A DNA stretch of 64,000 nucleotides from Chitinophagaceae bacterium (GCA_004173235.1 SEAC01000020.1:84678-148677), one strand, 5' to 3'. Counted from the stretch's first letter, positions 8,816 to 17,884 are shown. The notes: generated by a model from the letters alone, not told the origin. Program-made: numbers and translations.

Positions 8816-9226
8816 ATGTTCCATTTGCTTCAAGCCGACATTACCCGCGCTGTGCAAGACGTGCAAGGCGCTGGCAGCTACCTTCCCGTAGCGCTTCAGT
8901 TCCTGTTTGCATTCGGGATGATTGGTACCCTCATGGGCGTTACCCACCTGCTGGGCCCCAAGCGCAAGACTGCCGACAAGCTCGAAAACTTCGCCTCGGG
9001 CATCGAAAGCCATGGAGCTGCGCGTCAGCCGATGGCGATCAAGTATTTCCTGGTGGCCATTCTTTTCGTTTTGTTTGACGTGGAAGTGATCTTTTTCTAT
9101 CCCTACGCGGTTAATTTCCGTGGATTGGGCTGGGATGGGTTTGTGGCTGTGGTGATGTTCGTAGCCTTTTTCCTGTGCGGGTTCATCTACTGCGTGAAGA
9201 AAGGTGCGCTCAAATGGGAAGACTGA
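8816..9226 (+). CDS. nuoA: NADH-quinone oxidoreductase subunit A
   Basis: FASGIE, KYFLVAILFVLFDVEVIFFYP, KKGALKWE; start ATG 8816 preferred (ORF begins 8795). Confidence 0.95.
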   Translation: MFHLLQADITRAVQDVQGAGSYLPVALQFLFAFGMIGTLMGVTHLLGPKRKTADKLENFASGIESHGAARQPMAIKYFLVAILFVLFDVEVIFFYPYAVNFRGLGWDGFVAVVMFVAFFLCGFIYCVKKGALKWED

Positions 9227-9340
9227 ATTAAAAAGTCAAAATTCGAAAGTCAAAAAGCGGAGCCATCCCAGTTCCGCACTGTTTTTGACCTCGTTAACGC
9301 GTAACAATTTTGACTTTTGACTTTTAAATTTTGAATTATT
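9227..9340. repeat. AAAGTCA/TTTTGAC heptamer inverted-repeat element (nuoA-nuoB)
   Basis: AAAAGTCAAAATTCGAAAGTCAAAAA ... TTTTGACTTTTGACTTTTAAATTTTGAATT. Confidence 0.9.
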
Positions 9341-9925
9341 ATGGCACGTCCCGTATCGTTCAACATACACGAAAAACCGCTGGAGAGAGACATCTCGGTG
9401 GCTGAAATGCCTGATGGCTTCCAGGGGGAAGGATTCTTTGCCCAAAAGCTGAGCGAGGCCGTGGGCCTCGCGCGCAAGAATTCCATCTGGCCGCTCCCTT
9501 TTGCCACTTCCTGCTGCGGTATTGAATTCATGGCCACGATGGCCTCCCACTACGACCTTGCCCGCTTCGGCGCCGAACGCCTCGGCTTTTCGCCGCGCCA
9601 GTGCGACCTGCTGATGGTGATGGGCACCATCTCGAAGAAAATGGCACCGGTGGTGCGCCAGGTATACCTGCAGATGGCTGAGCCCCGATGGGTGATGGCC
9701 GTGGGTGCCTGCGCCTGCTCCGGCGGTGTGTTCGACTCGTACAGCGTGCTCCAGGGCATCGACCAGGTGGTGCCTGTAGACGTGTATGTGCCCGGCTGCC
9801 CGCCGCGCCCCGAGGCCATCATCGACGGCATCCTGCGCATCCAGGACCTTGTGGGCAAGGAAAGCCTGCGCCGCCGCAACAGCGATCATTATAAAACGCT
9901 CCTCGAGAGCTACGGTATACAATAA
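9341..9925 (+). CDS. nuoB: NADH-quinone oxidoreductase subunit B
   Basis: WPLPFATSCCGIE, SPRQCD, GACACSGG, YVPGCPPRPE. Confidence 0.97.
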   Translation: MARPVSFNIHEKPLERDISVAEMPDGFQGEGFFAQKLSEAVGLARKNSIWPLPFATSCCGIEFMATMASHYDLARFGAERLGFSPRQCDLLMVMGTISKKMAPVVRQVYLQMAEPRWVMAVGACACSGGVFDSYSVLQGIDQVVPVDVYVPGCPPRPEAIIDGILRIQDLVGKESLRRRNSDHYKTLLESYGIQ

Positions 9926-10014
9926 TTAAAAAGTCAAAAGTAACAAGTCAAATGGGTTCTTCGCCGATGATACTGAATGAGCTTTTGACTTTCGACTTTT
10001 GAATTTTGACTTTC
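9926..10014. repeat. AAAGTCA/TTTTGAC heptamer inverted-repeat element (nuoB-nuoC)
   Basis: AAAAAGTCAAAAGTAACAAGTCAAA ... TTTTGACTTTCGACTTTTGAATTTTGACTTT. Confidence 0.9.
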
Positions 10015-10569
10015 ATGAGTAACGAACAAATCCAGCAGCAACTCCAGGAGCACTTCGGCGACACCGTCAAGGGTTTCGAGGAGTCTTACGGCATGCTGAC
10101 TTTCGAAGCGGAAACCGGACGGAACATTGACGTGCTCCGTTTTTTGTATGAGCAGGGCTTCCGTTTTCTTACCGATGTGACGGCCGTGCACTACCCGGCG
10201 TTTGCCGGCCGCGAGATCGCCGTGGTGTATCACCTGCACAACCTGGTGGACAACATCCGCATCCGCTTCAAAGTGTTTGCGCCCATAGCGAAGCCCGACG
10301 TGGCGAGCGCAACGGCTATTTTTGAAAGCGCCAACTGGCAGGAGCGAGAGGCCTACGATTTCTTTGGCGTCAACTTCACGGGCCACCCCAACCTGAAGCG
10401 GATCCAAAACGTTGAGGAGATGGACTACTTCCCGCTGCGCAAGGAGTTCCCGCTCGAAGACCAGACGCGCATCGATAAAGACGACGAGATGTTCGGTCGG
10501 GGCGGCTCGTTCGATTTCGGAAACCGCCAGGAAGACGGCTCGCCCGCGCAGCTGGCAAACAATGAGTAA
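10015..10569 (+). CDS. nuoC: NADH-quinone oxidoreductase subunit C
   Basis: ANWQEREAYDFFGVNFTGHPNLKRI, FPLRKEFPL; ATG 10015. Confidence 0.96.
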   Translation: MSNEQIQQQLQEHFGDTVKGFEESYGMLTFEAETGRNIDVLRFLYEQGFRFLTDVTAVHYPAFAGREIAVVYHLHNLVDNIRIRFKVFAPIAKPDVASATAIFESANWQEREAYDFFGVNFTGHPNLKRIQNVEEMDYFPLRKEFPLEDQTRIDKDDEMFGRGGSFDFGNRQEDGSPAQLANNE

Positions 10570-10570
10570 T

Positions 10571-10595
10571 GCCCTTCGACTCCGCTCAGGGCGAC
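10571..10595. repeat. REP-like palindrome (reverse complement GTCGCCCTGAGCGGAGTCGAAGGGC)
   Basis: GCCCT...AGGGC stem with an internal loop and a terminal GAC/GTC tag. Confidence 0.7.
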
Positions 10596-10663
10596 AAGCC
10601 CTCCGCAGGGTCAAGGAGTAAGAATAAGTTTAAACGGTGAAGCCGGAATTTTGGATGAAAGCC

Positions 10664-10691
10664 ATTCACGATTCACGATTCACGATTCACG
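10664..10691 (+). repeat. Perfect heptamer tandem repeat (ATTCACG)4
   Basis: Four exact copies ending 6 nt before the nuoD ATG. Confidence 0.95.
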
Positions 10692-10697
10692 ATAACA

Positions 10698-11933
10698 ATG
10701 GCCACAACAAATCCGCATTCCCACATCCCGCTTCCGGAAGGAGCGCTTGAGAAGGAAACGACGACCATCAACCTCGGCCCCACGCACCCGGCCACGCACG
10801 GCGTGTTCCAGAACATCGTGGAGCTCGATGGCGAAACCGTGGTGTCGGCCGAGCAGACCATCGGCTATATCCACCGGGCCTTCGAAAAGATCGCCGAGCG
10901 CCGCCCGCTTTACCAGATCACGCCGCTGACCGACCGCCTCAACTACTGCTCGGCGCCCATCAACAACATGGGCTGGCATATGACCTGCGAAAAGCTTCTG
11001 GGCATCCAAACGCCGAAGCGCGTAGATTATCTCCGCGTGATCATCATGGAACTGGCCCGCATCGCCGATCACATCATCTGCAACTCCGTGATCGGGGTAG
11101 ACACCGGCGCTTTCACCGGCTTCCTCTACGTGATGCAGTACCGCGAACTCATCTACGAGATCTGGGAAGAAGTGTGCGGCTCGCGCCTCACCACCAACAT
11201 CGGCCGCATCGGTGGCTTCGAGCGCGACTTCAACAACATCGCTTTTACCAAGCTGGAAAAATTCCTTGCCGAATTCCCCGACGTACTGCGGGAGTTCGAT
11301 AGCCTCTTCACGCGCAACCGCATTTTCATGGACCGCACCATCGGCGCGGGCCCCATTGGAGCGGAGCGCGCCCTCAACTACGGCTTCACCGGTCCCAACC
11401 TGCGTGCAGCGGGTGTGGATTACGATGTGCGCGTGCATTCGCCCTACTGCTCTTACCAGGACTTCGAGTTCAGCATTCCCACCGGCACCACCGGCGACTG
11501 CTACGACCGCTTCCTGGTGCGCAACGGCGAAATGTGGGAGTCGATCTCCATCGTGCGCCAGGCCTACCAGAAGCTCCAGGACATAAAGGGCGCGGATGCA
11601 TCGGTGTACCACGCCGACGTGCCCGAGTATTACCTCCCCGACAAGAAAGATGTGTACACGAAGATGGAAGCGCTGATCTACCACTTCAAGATCGTCATGG
11701 GCGAGGTTAATATACCGCCGGGCGAAGTATACCACAGCGTGGAAGGCGCCAACGGCGAGCTGGGCTTCTACCTCATCTCCGATGGTGGCCGCAGCCCGTA
11801 CCGCCTGCACTTCCGCCGTCCCTGCTTCGTATACTACCAGGCCTACGAAGAACTGGTAAAAGGGGGCATGTTGTCCGACGCCATCATCACGATGTCGTCG
11901 CTCAACCTGATCGCCGGCGAAATGGATGGGTAA
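10698..11933 (+). CDS. nuoD: NADH-quinone oxidoreductase subunit D
   Basis: NLGPTHPATHG, GYIHRAFEK, DRLNY, EGANGELGFY, IAGEMD. Confidence 0.97.
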   Translation: MATTNPHSHIPLPEGALEKETTTINLGPTHPATHGVFQNIVELDGETVVSAEQTIGYIHRAFEKIAERRPLYQITPLTDRLNYCSAPINNMGWHMTCEKLLGIQTPKRVDYLRVIIMELARIADHIICNSVIGVDTGAFTGFLYVMQYRELIYEIWEEVCGSRLTTNIGRIGGFERDFNNIAFTKLEKFLAEFPDVLREFDSLFTRNRIFMDRTIGAGPIGAERALNYGFTGPNLRAAGVDYDVRVHSPYCSYQDFEFSIPTGTTGDCYDRFLVRNGEMWESISIVRQAYQKLQDIKGADASVYHADVPEYYLPDKKDVYTKMEALIYHFKIVMGEVNIPPGEVYHSVEGANGELGFYLISDGGRSPYRLHFRRPCFVYYQAYEELVKGGMLSDAIITMSSLNLIAGEMDG

Positions 11934-12044
11934 AGACGCACCATGTGCGTCTCTGTGTGAGATGTAAAGACGCACCATGTGCGTCTCCGATAGCGTAAAG
12001 ACGCACCATGTGCGTCTCCAGTAAAGACGCACTATGTGCGTCTC
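11930..12044 (+). repeat. Four tandem 24-bp GTAG-type REP palindromes
   Basis: GTAAAGACGCACCATGTGCGTCTC at 11930, 11964, 11995 and 12021 (last has one substitution); spacers 10, 7 and 2 nt. Confidence 0.95.
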
Positions 12045-12059
12045 CTAAAACGAACGACA

Positions 12060-12557
12060 ATGACCTTTTCAGAAGACAAACTCAATAAAGTACGCGAGAT
12101 CGTGGCGCGCTACCCCGAAGGGAAGCAGAAGAGCGCCCTCATCCCCGTGCTGCACCTGGCACAGGAAGCCAACAATGGCTGGCTGTCGTCGGACGCGATG
12201 GATTACGTGGCTTCGCTGCTCGACCTGAAGCCGATCGAAGTGTACGAGGTGGCGACCTTCTACAGCATGTTCAACCTGAAGCCGATCGGCAAGTACCTGT
12301 TTGAGGTGTGCCAGACCGGCCCCTGCATGGTGAACGGCTCCGACGATATCATCGCCTACATCAAGCAGAAGCTGGATATCGGCGTGGGTGAAACCACTAC
12401 CGACGGCATGTTCACGCTGAAGACCGTTGAGTGCCTTGGCGCCTGCGGTTATGCGCCCATGATGCAGCTGGGCAAATTTTACAAAGAGCACCTCACTCCT
12501 GAAAAGGTGGATGCGATCATTGACGAATGCCGTAGAAATGCGGTTGCTAATAATTAA
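12060..12557 (+). CDS. nuoE: NADH-quinone oxidoreductase subunit E
   Basis: VATFYSMF, VCQTGPC, ECLGACGYAPMM 2Fe-2S motifs; ATG 12060. Confidence 0.96.
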   Translation: MTFSEDKLNKVREIVARYPEGKQKSALIPVLHLAQEANNGWLSSDAMDYVASLLDLKPIEVYEVATFYSMFNLKPIGKYLFEVCQTGPCMVNGSDDIIAYIKQKLDIGVGETTTDGMFTLKTVECLGACGYAPMMQLGKFYKEHLTPEKVDAIIDECRRNAVANN

Positions 12558-12643
12558 AAAGTCAAAATTCGAAAGTAAAAACGCTCATGCGATACCAACA
12601 GCGTAGAACCGGTTTTTGACTTTTGAATTTTGAATTTTGACTT
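12556..12643. repeat. AAAGTCA/TTTTGAC heptamer inverted-repeat element (nuoE-nuoF)
   Basis: AAAAAGTCAAAATTCGAAAGTAAAA ... TTTTTGACTTTTGAATTTTGAATTTTGACTT. Confidence 0.9.
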
Positions 12644-12650
12644 GTACACC

Positions 12651-14003
12651 ATGGGTAGAAAATTATTACTCGAACACGAACACGTAGAAGGCATCCGCTA
12701 CTACGAAACCTACCGCCGCAACGGTGGTTATGCCGCCGTGGAGAAGGCCTTCAAAATGGGCCCTGCCGACATCGTGGAAGAAGTGAAGAAGAGCGGCCTC
12801 CGTGGCCGTGGTGGCGCCGGCTTCCCTACCGGTATGAAGTGGAGCTTCCTTGCCAAGCCCGAGGGCGTTCCGCGCTACCTCGTTTGCAACGCCGACGAAT
12901 CGGAGCCCGGTACCTTCAAGGACCGCTACCTGATGGAGTTCCTCCCGCACCTGCTGATCGAGGGGCTCATCATTTCTTCGTTTGCGCTGGGCTCCAACCG
13001 CACCTATATCTATATCCGCGGCGAATATGCCTGGATCGTAGATATACTGGAGCAGGCTATTGCCGAAGCCAACCAGGCGGGCTTCCTCGGAAAGAACATT
13101 CTCGGCTCGGGCTTCGACTGCCAGATCTATGTGCAGCGCGGCGCGGGTGCCTATATCTGCGGTGAAGAAACCGCGCTCCTCGAATCGCTCGAAGGCAAGC
13201 GCGGCAACCCACGCATCAAGCCGCCCTTCCCCGCTATCAAGGGACTCTACGACTGCCCCACCGTGGTCAACAACGTGGAGACGCTCGCAGCGGTGGTGCC
13301 CATCATCAACATCGGTGGTGAGGAGTATGCGAAGATCGGCGTGGGCAAATCAACCGGTACCAAGCTCATCTCGGCCTGCGGCAACATCAACAAGCCCGGC
13401 ATCTACGAGATCGACATGACCATCTCGGTAGAAGAATTCATATACGGCGAGGAATACTGCGGCGGCATCCCCAAAGGCAAGCGCCTGAAGGCTTGCATTC
13501 CTGGTGGTTCTTCGGTTCCCATCCTGCCTGCCAACCTCCTGCTCAAAACGGCAAAAGGCGAGCAGCGGATGATGACCTACGAAAGCCTCGCCGATGGCGG
13601 CTTCCCCACGGGTTCGATGATGGGCTCGGGTGGATTCATCGTGCTGGATGAAGACCAGTGCGTGGTGCGCCACACTTATTCGCTGGCACGCTTCTACCGC
13701 CACGAAAGCTGCGGCCAGTGTTCGCCCTGCCGCGAAGGCACGGGCTGGATGGAAAAGATCCTGCACAAGATCGAGCACGGTAAAGGCGATATGCGCGATA
13801 TCGACCTGCTGTGGGATATCCAGAGCAAGATCGAAGGCAACACCATCTGCCCCCTGGGTGATGCGGCTGCCTGGCCGGTGGCTGCGGCCATCCGCCACTT
13901 CCGCGACGAATTTGAATGGCACGTGCTGAACCCCGAGGAAAGCCAGAAGCGCAACTTCGGGCTGGCGCATTATGCGGATCCGATTTCGGTTGCCGTAGGA
14001 TAA
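12651..14003 (+). CDS. nuoF: NADH-quinone oxidoreductase subunit F
   Basis: GLRGRGGAGFPTG, NADESEPGTFKD, GAYICGEETAL, ESCGQCSPCREG; ATG 12651. Confidence 0.97.
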   Translation: MGRKLLLEHEHVEGIRYYETYRRNGGYAAVEKAFKMGPADIVEEVKKSGLRGRGGAGFPTGMKWSFLAKPEGVPRYLVCNADESEPGTFKDRYLMEFLPHLLIEGLIISSFALGSNRTYIYIRGEYAWIVDILEQAIAEANQAGFLGKNILGSGFDCQIYVQRGAGAYICGEETALLESLEGKRGNPRIKPPFPAIKGLYDCPTVVNNVETLAAVVPIINIGGEEYAKIGVGKSTGTKLISACGNINKPGIYEIDMTISVEEFIYGEEYCGGIPKGKRLKACIPGGSSVPILPANLLLKTAKGEQRMMTYESLADGGFPTGSMMGSGGFIVLDEDQCVVRHTYSLARFYRHESCGQCSPCREGTGWMEKILHKIEHGKGDMRDIDLLWDIQSKIEGNTICPLGDAAAWPVAAAIRHFRDEFEWHVLNPEESQKRNFGLAHYADPISVAVG

Positions 14004-14007
14004 ATAG

Positions 14008-14351
14008 AAAGTCAAAATTCAAAAGTCAAAAGGCCTCGCTGTTCGCACAGTTTTATAGGTTTGAGACTTCTAAATTTTGACCGGATGGAGTTTGAAGATC
14101 TTTTTTTATTGGAAGACGGCGAGAAGCGATCGCTTTGAAGTCGGCCAATGAAACGAAATATTGGATTTGCCTGATCCGTGAAACGATGGATTTGGACAAA
14201 CGAAAACTAAATGAGTTGCTCCAGGAAGCCAACGAGCTTTCGAAGATAATCGCCAGTATTATCACAAGTGAGTGATTCGAATTGAGTACGCTGGCCAACG
14301 AGCGGAGTCTACGACCTGCTTTTTGACTTTTGACTTTTGAATTTTGACTTT
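14008..14351. mobile_element. Heptamer inverted-repeat element enclosing a four-helix-bundle gene remnant
   Basis: Left arm AAAGTCAAAATTCAAAAGTCAAAA (14008-14031) is perfectly complementary to 24 nt of the right arm (14321-14351); the interior is AT-rich. Confidence 0.7.
14096..14275 (+). pseudogene. 3' fragment of a four helix bundle protein gene (TIGR02436 / 23S rRNA IVP-like)
   Basis: Manual translation ...IALKSANETKYWICLIRETMDLDKRKLNELLQEANELSKIIASIITSE* fits the A-x-E-T-x-Y-W ... E-L-x-x-I-I C-terminal half; in-frame TGA at 14093-14095 and no start that includes the ETKYW motif. Confidence 0.75.
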
Positions 14352-14353
14352 AT

Positions 14354-15544
14354 ATGTCAGAAGAGAAGAAACTTTTTAAGGTAACGATCGACAACATCAC
14401 GGTGGAAGTCGAGCAGGGCACTACGATCCTCATGGCCGCCCGCAAGATTGGTGGCGATATAGTGCCGCCCACGATGTGCTACTACAGCAAGCTCGATAAG
14501 ACAGGTGGTTATTGCCGCACCTGCCTCGTGCGCGTGGCTGCAGGCTCTACCGCCGACCCGCGCCCGATGCCCAAGCTCGTGGCCTCCTGCCGCACGCAGG
14601 TGATGGACGGAATGATCGTGGAAAACATCACCAACCCCACGGTGCTCGAAGCACGCAAGGGCGTTGTTGAATTCCTGCTGCTCAACCACCCGCTCGACTG
14701 CCCCGTGTGCGACCAGGCCGGTGAGTGCGACCTGCAGGATCTTTCGTACCAGCACGGTAAGGAGGGCACCCGCTACGAGTTTAAGCGCCGCACCTTCGAG
14801 CGTATCGACCTCGGGCCTTATATCCAGCTGCACATGACGCGCTGCATTCTTTGCTACCGCTGCGTGCACACCGCCAACCAGGTGGCCGGCGGCCGCGAGC
14901 ACGGCGTGCTGGATCGGGGCGACCACGCGCAGATCGCAACCTATATACAGAAGTCGCTTGATAACGAAATGATCGGCAACGTCATCGACGTTTGTCCGGT
15001 AGGCGCGCTTACCGACCGCACGTTCCGCTTCAAGAACCGCGTGTGGTTTACCAAGCCGGTGGACGCGCACCGCGATTGCACCCATTGCAAGGGTGAAGTG
15101 CGCCTGTGGATGCGCGGCGACGACGTGCTGCGCGTTACCGCCCGCAAAGATCAGTGGGGTGAAGTGGGTAACAACTCCGATGGCAGCACGGGCTGGATCT
15201 GCAACGAATGCCGCTTCGAGAAGAAGCAGGTGAGCGACTGGACCATCGAAGGTCCTACGCGCGTAGACCGCCACTCGGTGATCAATGCGGGACACTACAC
15301 GAACACGGTAGTGCCGAAAGAAACCTTCCAGGATGTGATGAAGGGCCGCGATCCGAAATTGCTGATGGACATCCACAGCGTTTCCGATGTAAATACAGTG
15401 GACCTCAACGTGCTTCCCGGACCGGCAACCAGCGCCACCTTCAACGGCCACCCGCAGGCCAGCGGCGTCAACGTTACCGATGTGAAGGAAGGCGTGGGAA
15501 GAAACAAAATGGGAACGGATTCGACGAATGCCAATACTCCGTGA
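14354..15544 (+). CDS. nuoG: NADH-quinone oxidoreductase subunit G (short, Fe-S domain only)
   Basis: CYY...CRTCLV, HPLDCPVCDQAGECDLQ, CILCYRCV, CPVGALT. Confidence 0.95.
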   Translation: MSEEKKLFKVTIDNITVEVEQGTTILMAARKIGGDIVPPTMCYYSKLDKTGGYCRTCLVRVAAGSTADPRPMPKLVASCRTQVMDGMIVENITNPTVLEARKGVVEFLLLNHPLDCPVCDQAGECDLQDLSYQHGKEGTRYEFKRRTFERIDLGPYIQLHMTRCILCYRCVHTANQVAGGREHGVLDRGDHAQIATYIQKSLDNEMIGNVIDVCPVGALTDRTFRFKNRVWFTKPVDAHRDCTHCKGEVRLWMRGDDVLRVTARKDQWGEVGNNSDGSTGWICNECRFEKKQVSDWTIEGPTRVDRHSVINAGHYTNTVVPKETFQDVMKGRDPKLLMDIHSVSDVNTVDLNVLPGPATSATFNGHPQASGVNVTDVKEGVGRNKMGTDSTNANTP

Positions 15545-15610
15545 ACCGTGAGCCTGGAACCGTGAGCGCCATCCGGCTACCTGCTCACGGCTGACGGCTG
15601 ACGCTTCACG
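15541..15610. repeat. GTGARCC/GCTSACG heptamer inverted-repeat element (nuoG-nuoH)
   Basis: GTGAACC GTGAGCC TGGAACC GTGAGC ... GCTCACG GCTGACG GCTGACG CTTCACG; contains the nuoG stop. Confidence 0.85.
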
Positions 15611-15652
15611 AAACGATATCATCACGGGGCGCAGCTCCACACTGAAGCAACT

Positions 15653-16786
15653 ATGCACTTACTAATGGCAGAATGGGTCATCACCCTCATTGAAAAATTT
15701 GCACTGGTGGCGATCATCGTAACGGTGTCGCTGGTAGTGGCGATGTACAGCACCTATGCGGAGCGCAAGATCGCGGCCTTCCTCCAGGACCGCCGCGGCC
15801 CCAACCGCGCCGGGCCTTTCGGCCTCTTGCAACCGCTTGCAGATGGCGTGAAGCTGTTCATGAAAGAAGAGATCATCCCGAACACGTCTTCGAAATTCCT
15901 CTTTATTGCAGGCCCACTGCTCGCAATGATCACGGCTACCATGACGAGTGCGGTCATCCCCTGGGGACCAACCTCGACGATGTTCGGCCACACCATGCCG
16001 CTGCAGATCGCCGACATCAACATCGGCGTGCTCTACATCTTCGGTGTGGTTTCGCTGGGCGTATACGGCATCATGATCGGCGGCTGGGCCTCCAACAATA
16101 AATTCTCGCTGCTGGCAGCCATCCGCGGCGCCTCGCAGATGATCTCCTACGAACTGGCGATGGGCCTTTCGCTCCTGGCCGTGCTGCTCATCGTGGGCGA
16201 CCTGCGCATGAGCGTGATCGTGGACTACCAGATCCAGCATGGCTGGAACGTGCTCTACCAGCCGCTTGGCTTCTTCATTTTCTTTATCTGCGCCCTTGCC
16301 GAGTGCAACCGCACGCCCTTCGACCTTCCGGAAGCGGAGAACGAGCTGAACATGGGCTACCATCAGGAGTATTCTTCGATGAAGCTTGGTTTCTACCTCT
16401 TTGCGGAGTATATCAACATGTTCATTTCGGGTGTGGTGATGGCGACGCTCTTTTTCGGCGGCTGGGACATCCCGTTTTTCAACGAAGCGGCGCACGGCGG
16501 CGCGTGGTGGGTTGGACTGCTCAGTTTCGCCTGCCTCATGTGCAAAGCATTCTTCTCCATCTTCCTGTTCATGTGGATCCGCTGGACCATCCCGCGCTTC
16601 CGCTTCGACCAGCTGATGAACCTCGGGTGGCGTGGCCTTCTGCCGCTGGCACTCGCCAACATGGTAATCACCGCAGGACTCGTTCTGTGGCTCAATAATG
16701 ACGCTGCGCCCGCCCCTCAAAAAGGAGTAATTTCGCAGCCGTCGCAAACTCAACAAGTAAGCCTGACAAATGCAACTCACCAATAA
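15653..16786 (+). CDS. nuoH: NADH-quinone oxidoreductase subunit H
   Basis: ERKIAAFLQDRRGPNRAGPFGLLQPLADGVK, AECNRTPFDLPEAE, PRFRFDQLM. Confidence 0.97.
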   Translation: MHLLMAEWVITLIEKFALVAIIVTVSLVVAMYSTYAERKIAAFLQDRRGPNRAGPFGLLQPLADGVKLFMKEEIIPNTSSKFLFIAGPLLAMITATMTSAVIPWGPTSTMFGHTMPLQIADINIGVLYIFGVVSLGVYGIMIGGWASNNKFSLLAAIRGASQMISYELAMGLSLLAVLLIVGDLRMSVIVDYQIQHGWNVLYQPLGFFIFFICALAECNRTPFDLPEAENELNMGYHQEYSSMKLGFYLFAEYINMFISGVVMATLFFGGWDIPFFNEAAHGGAWWVGLLSFACLMCKAFFSIFLFMWIRWTIPRFRFDQLMNLGWRGLLPLALANMVITAGLVLWLNNDAAPAPQKGVISQPSQTQQVSLTNATHQ

Positions 16787-17312
16787 GAACAAGCCGGTAG
16801 ATCGCCGGCCGATGACGGTGGCCGAGAAGCTGTACATCCCCGCGATCATCAAGGGCATGGGCATCACCTTCAGCCACATGTTCAAGAAGAAGCCGACGAT
16901 CAGCTATCCCGAGGAGCAGCGCCCATTCTCGGCAGTTTTCCGCGGGCTGCAGATCCTCAACCGCGACGAGGAAGGACGTGAGCGCTGCACCGCCTGCGGC
17001 CTGTGCGCCCTTGCCTGCCCTGCCGAAGCCATTACGATGGAAGCGGCGGAGCGCCAGGCTGGCGAAGAGCACCTCTACCGGGAAGAGAAGTACGCAGCCA
17101 GGTACGAGATCAATATGCTGCGCTGCATCTTTTGCGGACTGTGCGAAGAAGCCTGCCCGAAGGATGCCATCTACCTCTCTCAAACTTTTGCGCCCGCCAA
17201 CTACGGTCGCAAGGGCTTTATTTATAAGAAGGACGACCTGCTGATACCCGACCCGACGACGGATCCGGAAGGCTACGCGAAAGCGAAAGGAACGATCCCC
17301 CAATCGAAATAA
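16770..17312 (+). CDS. nuoI: NADH-quinone oxidoreductase subunit I
   Basis: CTACGLCALACP and CIFCGLCEEACP 4Fe-4S motifs. Confidence 0.97.
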   Translation: MQLTNKNKPVDRRPMTVAEKLYIPAIIKGMGITFSHMFKKKPTISYPEEQRPFSAVFRGLQILNRDEEGRERCTACGLCALACPAEAITMEAAERQAGEEHLYREEKYAARYEINMLRCIFCGLCEEACPKDAIYLSQTFAPANYGRKGFIYKKDDLLIPDPTTDPEGYAKAKGTIPQSK

Positions 17313-17326
17313 ACCACAACCTGCTC

Positions 17327-17884
17327 ATGGGAATTACGGAAATACTCTTTTGGATCCTTGCGGTGGCCTCCATCGGCAGTGCGCTGATGGTGGTCACGAG
17401 CAAGAACCCCATCTTCAGCGTGATCTGGCTGATCGTAACCTTTTTTACCATCTCCGGTCACTACATCCTGCTCAACGCGCAGTTCCTGGCCGTGGTGAAC
17501 ATCATCGTGTACGCCGGCGCCATCATGGTGCTGTTCCTCTTCGTGATCATGCTGATGAACCTCGATAAGAACACCGAAGTGCAGAAGGGACGCTGGATGC
17601 GGCTCATCGGCGCCGTTGCGGGCGGATGCCTGCTGCTGGTGCTCGTGGCCGGCCTGCGCAGCACCGAAGCGCGCGCAACCCAACTGGGTACGGGCGACAT
17701 CGGCCTCATCCAGAACCTTGGCCGCGTGCTGTTTACCGAATACGTAGTGCCTTTCGAACTGAGCTCGGTGCTCTTCCTCACTGCGATGGTAGGCGCCGTA
17801 GTTATCGGCAAGCGCGACCAGACCGGCCGTGCCGCCGTGGCTACCGCGGCCGCAACAACCGCAGGAACGTTGGAAGCGGAGTAA
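17327..17884 (+). CDS. nuoJ: NADH-quinone oxidoreductase subunit J
   Basis: IVYAGAIMVLFLFVIML, PFELSSVLFL. Confidence 0.96.
   Translation: MGITEILFWILAVASIGSALMVVTSKNPIFSVIWLIVTFFTISGHYILLNAQFLAVVNIIVYAGAIMVLFLFVIMLMNLDKNTEVQKGRWMRLIGAVAGGCLLLVLVAGLRSTEARATQLGTGDIGLIQNLGRVLFTEYVVPFELSSVLFLTAMVGAVVIGKRDQTGRAAVATAAATTAGTLEAE

Noticed and set aside
11930-12044. CRISPR array
   Set aside because: Spacers are 10, 7 and 2 nt, no cas genes are nearby, and the same unit occurs singly at 27770 and 27946 with a GTAG tag, which fits a REP.
14354-15544. NuoG truncated to 396 aa as a pseudogene
   Set aside because: All N-terminal Fe-S motifs are intact and a short NuoG without the C-terminal domain is, to my knowledge, normal in Bacteroidota.
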